Below, piece after piece: positions 16,701 through 22,233 of a DNA stretch of 22,233 nucleotides (the stretch's first letter is position 1; every line of letters starts with the position of its first letter). The stretch is from Armatimonadota bacterium (GTDB lineage: Bacteria; Armatimonadota; Hebobacteria; CAIYQO01). A program made the position numbers and the translations under genes. The stretch covers positions 1 through 22,233 of the forward strand of contig JBBRXO010000044.1 of assembly GCA_038248345.1 (NCBI GenBank). Direction: 5' to 3'. The notes below the pieces were generated by a model, which saw only the letters and a list, made by a program, of their open reading frames with translations, had not been told where the DNA came from and did no database searches.

Positions 16701-19700
16701 TGGCCCCTACACCGTTAGCTTCACTAGGCCAGCGCCGAACCTGTTGGATCTGACACAGACTTCCCTACTGGTGAACACCAGCGCCCCTTACCTGAGTCAT
16801 ATTCAGGCGTGGAATACCGTCACGGGCGCGGAGCCAGTGCGCAATTACAAGAGCGATAACCTGCTCACCGCTCCTTTGGCGCTAGGTGGCACGATGCTGG
16901 CAGTCGATAACCCGAGTAGTTTCGCGATAAATGGTGAGATCACCCTGACGGATCTGGTCACCCGCCATGTGATGGCGCTCCCAGTGAAGGTCACTGGTAT
17001 TGACCTGGTAGCGAAGACCGTCACCATTGATACCGGCGCTGATCAAGCCTACCCGGCAGGCGCGCATATTACGCACACCTGGGATGCCGTGCGCATCAGC
17101 GAAGGGATCTGCGTCACTCCTCCAGCGGGACAATCAGCTGATCCACTCGCGCGCGACCAGGAGATTATGGTTGTCAGAGGCGGATTGGCATATACCTGCC
17201 ATGAGCCGGACAGCAAAGACCCGATATCAAATACCATGAAAATATTTGATCAGGATTCCATGACGCTTTTGCCGAGTTATAACAGTATCCCCAGAACAGA
17301 GGCAAACTACCAGGTAGATCATCGCAATGGCCGCATCGAATTAAGCCCGAAGGCCGCCGGATATGACGCCGACCGTTTTGTGACGGTACATTATTTCACC
17401 AATGATAGCATCAATGGAGTGCCTACCAAGGTGCGCCATGCCGAGGTGATGTATGTGCCCACGCAGATAAAGTGGCAATATAACTTCACCGACGCCATCC
17501 CCGATAGCGGGCCGGTGGTGGTGGGTGATACCATCTACGTCACCGTCCAGCAATCAACAACCGATGTTAAATGGCGTCCGGCGATATACGCCTTCGCTAC
17601 CGCGCCGCGCGATCCGTTCAATGTGCAACCGCTGTGGGTGCGCCCGTTGAATCCCACGCTCCCCGGCGCCGCCCTGCCGCCTTACCGTGGCGCCACCACA
17701 CCCGTGCCTACCAGCACCGGGTTAGTCATCGGCACTGCCTTACCGGGTCTGGTAAACAACGAGCTGGTCAGCTTCGCCGATCGCGGCACGCTGGTCTCCG
17801 ACGGTCAGCGACTGCTGCGCTACAATGGCGCCGGTATGCTTACCTGGGCGGCCTTCGCAACCCAGGGGCGCGATCCGGGACTGATGGGGCCAGCGGCGCC
17901 AACGGAAGATGAGGATAAGGGGACGGCAGTGGAGTCCTTCAACCTGCTCACCCGTGTGCGTCGTCTGCCCAGCGGCAACCTGCTCCTCTGCGATACCGGC
18001 AACAGCCGCGTGGTAGAGATGGATCGCGCCGGCAACATCGTCTGGCAATACCCCGATACTGACCTGACTTTCCAGGATCAGGACAAGGATTCTTTGAATC
18101 AACCGATACGTTCAGTAAACAGCGGCGGAGCACTCAGTTACTTCGATGTGCGCCAGCCCACTACTTCGTATTACCGCCTCACAACCCCGCGTGATGTGCG
18201 CCGGTACGCCTATAATTCGCTCGTGGCTGACCCCACCAAGGTGAAGGTCTTCTGGCGTCGCCCCTCCGGCGCCTCGGCGTTTTGTCTGGCGGATGGCAAA
18301 TGGTACACTACTTCCGGGCCGAAGAGTACTTACGCAGTGGATTCTGCTCTTGCGCTCAGTGGCATCTCGCCGTACGTGCAAGCGGTAGATACCCCGGCTA
18401 CTTCGCCGATGCTGGTGAATAACCGGGCGGCGCGCATGGCGTTAAGCACCTCCGACGGCAAAGTCGCCTACCAGACGGACGAGAACAAATGGTACGCCTA
18501 TCTGTCCATGCCCACGCCGCAACCTGCGCAGTGGCAAGAGCAGCAGGTTATTCGCACGGTGGATAGTATCGGCGTACTGCTGGCATTGCCGGACAATATG
18601 ATCACGGTGGGCGATACCTTCTACTGCAACGCCCGCCGTGCCCGCTACACACTGTTGGCAAAACCAGCGAGTCGGATGGATAACTGGCGCGCTCAGCCCG
18701 TCATCCCCTTCCTGGCCAGCCAGGCAGAAATGCTGGCCCAAACCGGTCTGCAATCTGCTGACCGAGTCTATCGCACAGACGCCAATCAATGGTATATCTA
18801 CATCGGCGGTAATCCCGCTGATATCCTCAATTGGACTACCTCAGCGACTAAAACGGTTGATACCAATGCCGCCATGCTCGCGCTCACCCCACCCCCCTCG
18901 GTGGGCACCATCGTGAAGCGCAACGATGTAAATCTATCCTATACTCTGGTTGCCCTGCCCGCCACTTCTGCGGATAATTGGGAAGTGCAGCAGATTATCC
19001 CGGCTATCGGAACACCGACGGCCATGACCAAACCAATATTAAGCCGGGTGGGCGGACGCGTATATCGCACTGATGAACACCGGTTCTACACGTTAACTGC
19101 TTTGCCTGCGACAAATATCGCCAACTGGCATACGGAAAAACTGCTCCTTATGCTCACCAGCGCTCCTATCCCGGCTGGCGAGTTGCCTCCCGTGGCAGTA
19201 GTGTCGGACAACGTCCCCGCGCCTATGCTCGGGTGGGTTGCCAATGCGGCAGGCCTCACCGGGAGCTATCTGGATCGGATTGGCGATATGGCCTATGCCG
19301 TGGATAGTGGCAAGTGGTACCAGTTAATAGGCTTTCCCAACACCGATATCATCAATTGGCAGGTAGTGAATTATTACAGTGCCTCGGCAACTGCCATCAC
19401 CGCCGCCGTAGATGGTGATCGGGCATATCGTACCGATTTAAAGAAGTGGTATCTGCGCCAGGGCGGTGCCTGGGTACAGAGCACCCCGCTGCTCGCCGTC
19501 GGCTCACGTGCGGCCATGCTTAGCTATACCACCGCGCAGGTGGGCGACTACGTCTACCGGAATGATACTGCCGACTGGTATATACTCAATGCCCTGCCGG
19601 CATCCGCTGCTGTTAACTGGGTAAAAACCATCGCGCCAACCCCGGCGACGCCACTGTTGCCGACTATCGCTGTGGCAGCGGCCATAAATAATTTGCCCGC

Positions 19701-21090
19701 GACGGGCGATATCGACCTCACACCTTATAAGGCGGTGATGCGGTGGGAGAGCACCCTCATCGCCGACACCGGCAACCATCGTGTACTCGAGGTAAACCGA
19801 CCATTGCTCAAGCTGGAGGATACCGATAAATTCAACAGCGACAATAACATGAATTTCGCGCGCGGCTTCCAGTATCGCCCGGATTGCTACTACAAATACA
19901 TCGATATGGTCACTACCACCTGGTCGACGGAAAAGCCGCTGGTGCAGGGAGTTGATGAGATCGTAGGTGGCGCCACCGAGTTGGATCTGGTGCGCATCCC
20001 GGTGACCACGCCGCTGGCCTACACTGTGGCCATGCGCTATCGCGGCATCGACAATCGCCTGGAGGACACCTACCAGCCGACGGCCACCGAGGCCAGTTAC
20101 AATGACCCGGCGGCACAATCCCACTCGCGCGAGCTGCTAGTGGCCCTAGGTAATACGGCCACGCTGGCGGAGACGGGCAATACCGCCCAAACGGCGCGCA
20201 CGCTACGCATCAGTCGTCCGCGCCCGATGGCGGTGCCGGCTGCCCCGTCGGTTATCCGTAACTTCTCCACTATTACCGCTCCGGCGGCTTTGGGAACCGA
20301 TGTGCTGCAGCTTGATGTCTCGCAAGAGTATAAAGTGGGTGAGCAGATTGACGTCACGGACAACTTACGCACCGTGGTCTTCAAAACGACGATTATCGGG
20401 CTCGATACCACCGCCAACAAGATCACGTTGGCTGCTGTCCTGCCACGAGCATTTGTGACGGGTGATAAAGTATGGCACCACCGCCTCAACGCGCTGGAGC
20501 CGCGCCCCAACACCAGCGACTTCGCTCATATCCAGCAGCTTGATCTGGTGACGTTGCGCAATGGCATGAGTGATGAAGTACACGCATTGGTAGTTGATGC
20601 CCAGGGTGTGCGCGAGATAGTGATGGATCCGACGCGTCTTCCCGTGGAAGACCCGATCTTTGAGATGGATCAGCAATCCTACCGGGATGCACTCGGTCAA
20701 TTCAAAGCACAGGTGAACAATGATGCGCTGATCAACCTGCGTGCCGCGCAATTAGCGGTGGGAGATAAAGCGATTGTCAAAGCGGCAGCGCTTGATTGGG
20801 CGAAAGACAACATGTTCATGCCGCTAGCTGTTGTGCGGCAGGACAGCGGTAATGGAACAGTGGATACTGATCACCATGTGCGTTATCTGATCTCGCAGAT
20901 GAACAGTACCGCCCGTCGCGTACACCTCTTCGAGGCGCGCTACTCCAAAGACATCGCCATTAATAGTTGGGGTCTGATAGATGACGCGCTGGACTACTTC
21001 ATCTTCCCCGACCCGCTGACACTAAACTATCCATCGTTGCCGGGAGGAAGCTACCCATTGACGCAACCGTTGGCGCTGGCGGGGGATTAG
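13753..21090 (+). CDS. Giant secreted multidomain beta-propeller protein (PQQ-like and NHL-like blades), putative PilY1-analogous tip adhesin (2445 aa)
   Basis: Sec-type signal MNHAMQRWFIGIYVGMLLLVGLSVSA. N-terminal alpha/beta domain (FDLLVV...KANLRKLLDLGATIWF; DUF4159/GATase-like by impression). PQQ-like blades (WQYNF..IPDSGPVVVGDTIYV). NHL blades (RRLPSGNLLLCDTGNSRVVEMDRAGNIVWQY; TLIADTGNHRVLEV). Lies directly after the PilX-like gene. Confidence 0.75.
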   Translation: MNHAMQRWFIGIYVGMLLLVGLSVSATDITVNYQRTTRAFHVAQLELSSYGVGTTPLFSLLCNSPLKPDGWQFDNPLAPGGITDKNNSAYWVVPLADNKVTALAAFDLLVVNDLGKARLNNNDKANLRKLLDLGATIWFNGGDTLDTQLVQTTNDFIDPPIVFNNTLVDPDGRNLLAADAAHWLLRGQFTISDDELNSLRSHGSYRTALVPTVALRAVVTTQGPALDPTKKTQLSVVAVGQISRGTAIVTSENVIGAIADWSGTDPTKYPQGDSDTLAQPPNSNRSYLAGVKFAYNMLGRPVNWAAVGGPAGAVRAVNAAYPPALARAWTDSFTATCDPVAAGAYLALTGNTTGMELPAELRVYRVKRLLDDAGDALDYPYGLSDENGQVVNKTNLTPRPPGFPEDAVNGSEQDLCFSLASTTGWIGSPVFGEVKSAIGSTSITRTVIYALENKDINTATLHCIALDPYIRDTVGTAQVATDIFTKDVPLSNGLCRASLTRNGNVLVVTLFGTARTPADQRILIYDAQTGALRTSLGTVPNKLFNYTCPASIVAGNIEFDATDREVGIYGGGDPDVKRRRQDMVDMIAVTAESIDRYGTNILATSVALIPPTVVVTTTDSLNFVPDDLRLIDAAGTNYYLGDVSKAPNVTTKNASALFRKNHVLSVMASGNSIKITFKHWSIFSNTDAGEKPVLVMPCTLSYSLGSGNKKVLNISQLMPGYQIIIDGTTRNMALFDATGASSRSTVQKLDGDLQLDGTGKLMAGSSYGYLANSPLLYYHDMLIATTNGYSTNNGYLTGLRLRHPGFNDANIPAGNILYGSYSHGDILDTWGDSWVFTFAGDTLGPKNPLPAFSWDGNKPLARWSTDFPYPSAAKGDSIFTIGTYAYYSNRGGGSPSTYFDETNFPTVNRSVLYGLSPTPDRYLHQTVTAGWVIAPLVAPTVLTISATELTGALHVGARALLKINGTTPPTTWDMGNIISITGTGPYTVSFTRPAPNLLDLTQTSLLVNTSAPYLSHIQAWNTVTGAEPVRNYKSDNLLTAPLALGGTMLAVDNPSSFAINGEITLTDLVTRHVMALPVKVTGIDLVAKTVTIDTGADQAYPAGAHITHTWDAVRISEGICVTPPAGQSADPLARDQEIMVVRGGLAYTCHEPDSKDPISNTMKIFDQDSMTLLPSYNSIPRTEANYQVDHRNGRIELSPKAAGYDADRFVTVHYFTNDSINGVPTKVRHAEVMYVPTQIKWQYNFTDAIPDSGPVVVGDTIYVTVQQSTTDVKWRPAIYAFATAPRDPFNVQPLWVRPLNPTLPGAALPPYRGATTPVPTSTGLVIGTALPGLVNNELVSFADRGTLVSDGQRLLRYNGAGMLTWAAFATQGRDPGLMGPAAPTEDEDKGTAVESFNLLTRVRRLPSGNLLLCDTGNSRVVEMDRAGNIVWQYPDTDLTFQDQDKDSLNQPIRSVNSGGALSYFDVRQPTTSYYRLTTPRDVRRYAYNSLVADPTKVKVFWRRPSGASAFCLADGKWYTTSGPKSTYAVDSALALSGISPYVQAVDTPATSPMLVNNRAARMALSTSDGKVAYQTDENKWYAYLSMPTPQPAQWQEQQVIRTVDSIGVLLALPDNMITVGDTFYCNARRARYTLLAKPASRMDNWRAQPVIPFLASQAEMLAQTGLQSADRVYRTDANQWYIYIGGNPADILNWTTSATKTVDTNAAMLALTPPPSVGTIVKRNDVNLSYTLVALPATSADNWEVQQIIPAIGTPTAMTKPILSRVGGRVYRTDEHRFYTLTALPATNIANWHTEKLLLMLTSAPIPAGELPPVAVVSDNVPAPMLGWVANAAGLTGSYLDRIGDMAYAVDSGKWYQLIGFPNTDIINWQVVNYYSASATAITAAVDGDRAYRTDLKKWYLRQGGAWVQSTPLLAVGSRAAMLSYTTAQVGDYVYRNDTADWYILNALPASAAVNWVKTIAPTPATPLLPTIAVAAAINNLPATGDIDLTPYKAVMRWESTLIADTGNHRVLEVNRPLLKLEDTDKFNSDNNMNFARGFQYRPDCYYKYIDMVTTTWSTEKPLVQGVDEIVGGATELDLVRIPVTTPLAYTVAMRYRGIDNRLEDTYQPTATEASYNDPAAQSHSRELLVALGNTATLAETGNTAQTARTLRISRPRPMAVPAAPSVIRNFSTITAPAALGTDVLQLDVSQEYKVGEQIDVTDNLRTVVFKTTIIGLDTTANKITLAAVLPRAFVTGDKVWHHRLNALEPRPNTSDFAHIQQLDLVTLRNGMSDEVHALVVDAQGVREIVMDPTRLPVEDPIFEMDQQSYRDALGQFKAQVNNDALINLRAAQLAVGDKAIVKAAALDWAKDNMFMPLAVVRQDSGNGTVDTDHHVRYLISQMNSTARRVHLFEARYSKDIAINSWGLIDDALDYFIFPDPLTLNYPSLPGGSYPLTQPLALAGD
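16421..16430 (+). repeat. G10 homopolymer inside the giant CDS (in frame, encodes RGGG)
   Basis: AAT AGG GGG GGG GGA. Confidence 0.95.
18409..19626 (+). repeat. About 8 degenerate ~40-50-aa protein repeats
   Basis: Consensus (V/L)xSxAAMLAL...(V)GDRVYRTDxxxWYxLxxxPAxxxxNW, e.g. ASQAEMLAQTGLQSADRVYRTDANQWYIYIGGNPADILNW and GSRAAMLSYTTAQVGDYVYRNDTADWYILNALPASAAVNW. Confidence 0.9.
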
Positions 21091-21108
21091 GTTTTTTAGG
21101 TAATTTTT

Positions 21109-21203
21109 GTAGGGGCACATGGCATGTGCCCTCGATACGGGGCGAAAGAGACATACCAATTGAAGGCATGGTTACGACGTGGGCACAAGCCTTGTGCCCC
21201 TAC
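21109..21203. mobile_element. REPIN-like element, copy 2
   Basis: Same arms as 9071-9166 and an alignable spacer (TCGAxACGGGG...ACCxATTGAAGxxATGGTTAxGAxGT). Confidence 0.85.
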
Positions 21204-21206
21204 AAC

Positions 21207-21227
21207 TTGGAACTAGGAATTTGGAAC
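21207..21227 (+). repeat. Tandem heptamer repeat, 3 copies
   Basis: TTGGAAC TAGGAAT TTGGAAC, preceded by a partial AAC. Confidence 0.75.
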
Positions 21228-21252
21228 TTAAAAACTCCCCCGGGAGGGCGTA

Positions 21253-22233
21253 ATGAAACGATATATGGTGAAATATTTAATATTGCTACTGCTATTGTTG
21301 GGGCGAGGCGCGCTGGGCGCGTCAAACTGGGCGATGCAGGGGGCCGATGTACAGCATAGCGGGGCCACCGTTTTAACAGTTCCCACTGCGGTGCCAACGT
21401 TGCAGTGGGCGGCGAAGCTGGGCATCTCCTTACAGTGTACCCCGGTGATGTCGCCGGATAATGATTTCGCTATTGTCGGTACTGATGATGGTAAGCTGAT
21501 GTGGGTACGCATGGCCGACGGTTTCACCCACGCTGATGATGCCGCCATCCCGGAATATTCCGCCCCGTCAACGGTGGCATTCAACGGTACGCCGCTGGTC
21601 ATCGGCGCCGGAGTGAGCTACTCGGTCTACGCTACTAATGCTGATGGACGGCTTTACTGTGTCGATATCGTCAACAGCTTGTACAACGCCAGTTGGATGG
21701 CTCCTTCCGCGGGCAATGCGCCGAAAGCCCCGTTCGTGGCATCCCCGTTGCCACTCACTGCCGGCGGAGTAGATTATATCTGCGTGGCCTCCACGGATGG
21801 CAATATATATCTCGTACAAAAAACTGCGCCGCACACCATCACTAAATGGTTCACGGCTGGTGGGGCGATAGAATCAACTCCCACGCTCGGAACAGCTAAA
21901 GCTGGCACCGGCACCGCCGCGCTGGAAGGGGCAATTGCCATCGGGCAAACGGCCGTCACGCTCACCGATGTGAGCGCCTTCACCGTGGGAGATACACTTA
22001 CGTTAACGGATGCCGTCGTCGGTGATGAGGTGTTGGGTACCATCACTGCAGTAGATACCACGGCGAAAATCGTCACCTTCTCCACCGGGCCATTGAATGT
22101 GCATAACGCCGCCGCCGGGGTTGATTTCACTATTACCCGCCACCAGCCGCTTTACTTTGGTTGCAATGATGGCCGCATTTATGCTATCAATGCAGATGAG
22201 TTGATCACGCATCAACGTTGGGTAACTAACCCC
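21253..22233 (+). CDS. Secreted PQQ-repeat (BamB-like) beta-propeller protein, 3'-truncated by the window end
   Basis: Not in the ORF track; translated by hand and open for 327 codons. SD GGAGGG at 21243-21248. Signal MKRYMVKYLILLLLLLGRGALGA, then NWAMQGADVQHSG and blades CTPVMSPDNDFAIVGTDDGKLMW, VYATNADGRLYCVD, ICVASTDGNIYLV, LYFGCNDGRIYAINA. Confidence 0.9.
   Translation, partial: MKRYMVKYLILLLLLLGRGALGASNWAMQGADVQHSGATVLTVPTAVPTLQWAAKLGISLQCTPVMSPDNDFAIVGTDDGKLMWVRMADGFTHADDAAIPEYSAPSTVAFNGTPLVIGAGVSYSVYATNADGRLYCVDIVNSLYNASWMAPSAGNAPKAPFVASPLPLTAGGVDYICVASTDGNIYLVQKTAPHTITKWFTAGGAIESTPTLGTAKAGTGTAALEGAIAIGQTAVTLTDVSAFTVGDTLTLTDAVVGDEVLGTITAVDTTAKIVTFSTGPLNVHNAAAGVDFTITRHQPLYFGCNDGRIYAINADELITHQRWVTNP

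Noticed and set aside
13753..21090. Diversity-generating retroelement target or shufflon
   Set aside because: No reverse transcriptase or recombinase, and no near-identical TR/VR pair with adenine-specific differences was noticed.
9071..21227. Repeats as a CRISPR array
   Set aside because: Copies are dispersed inverted pairs, not regularly spaced direct repeats, and there are no cas genes.
362..22215. The many 60-240-aa antisense and alternate-frame ORFs in the track (e.g. 2410-3126, 19504-20124, 21228-21602)
   Set aside because: They are shadow ORFs of GC-rich genes with no recognisable motifs, overlapping well-supported CDSs.
5755..22233. Prophage or contractile injection system reading of the phage-like modules
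   Set aside because: The host proteins carry pilin or Sec leaders, and there are no capsid, terminase, tube or full-length sheath genes.

Overview
Bacterial chromosomal window, fairly GC-rich with AT-richer intergenic stretches. The gene families and protein style suggest an Armatimonadota-like organism (inference only). The left part (1-5540) holds a nested mosaic of REP-like palindromes, a stand-alone mreC, a large exported double-domain FAD oxidoreductase, tRNA-Leu(TAG) and a PflX-family radical SAM gene. All three protein genes have a -10 box only 5-9 nt before the start codon and no Shine-Dalgarno, so they look leaderless. The right part (5755 to the end) is a >16 kb co-directional cluster of four unusually large type IV prepilin-like genes (DUF1559-like, PilV-, PilW- and PilX-like; 384-869 aa), a 2445-aa secreted beta-propeller protein in the PilY1 position, and a truncated secreted PQQ-repeat protein that the ORF track misses. 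The best novelty candidate is that five of these six proteins appear to carry plug-in modules, several resembling phage structural or adhesion domains, inserted into loops of the scaffold. These are a shared ~65-75-aa beta module in three genes, an ~8-copy ~48-aa repeat splitting an NHL blade, a CBM-like Trp module and a sheath-like module. Two in-frame homopolymers (C11, G10) and REPIN-like elements at three gene junctions add to this. No database searches were run; family assignments come from motif recognition.
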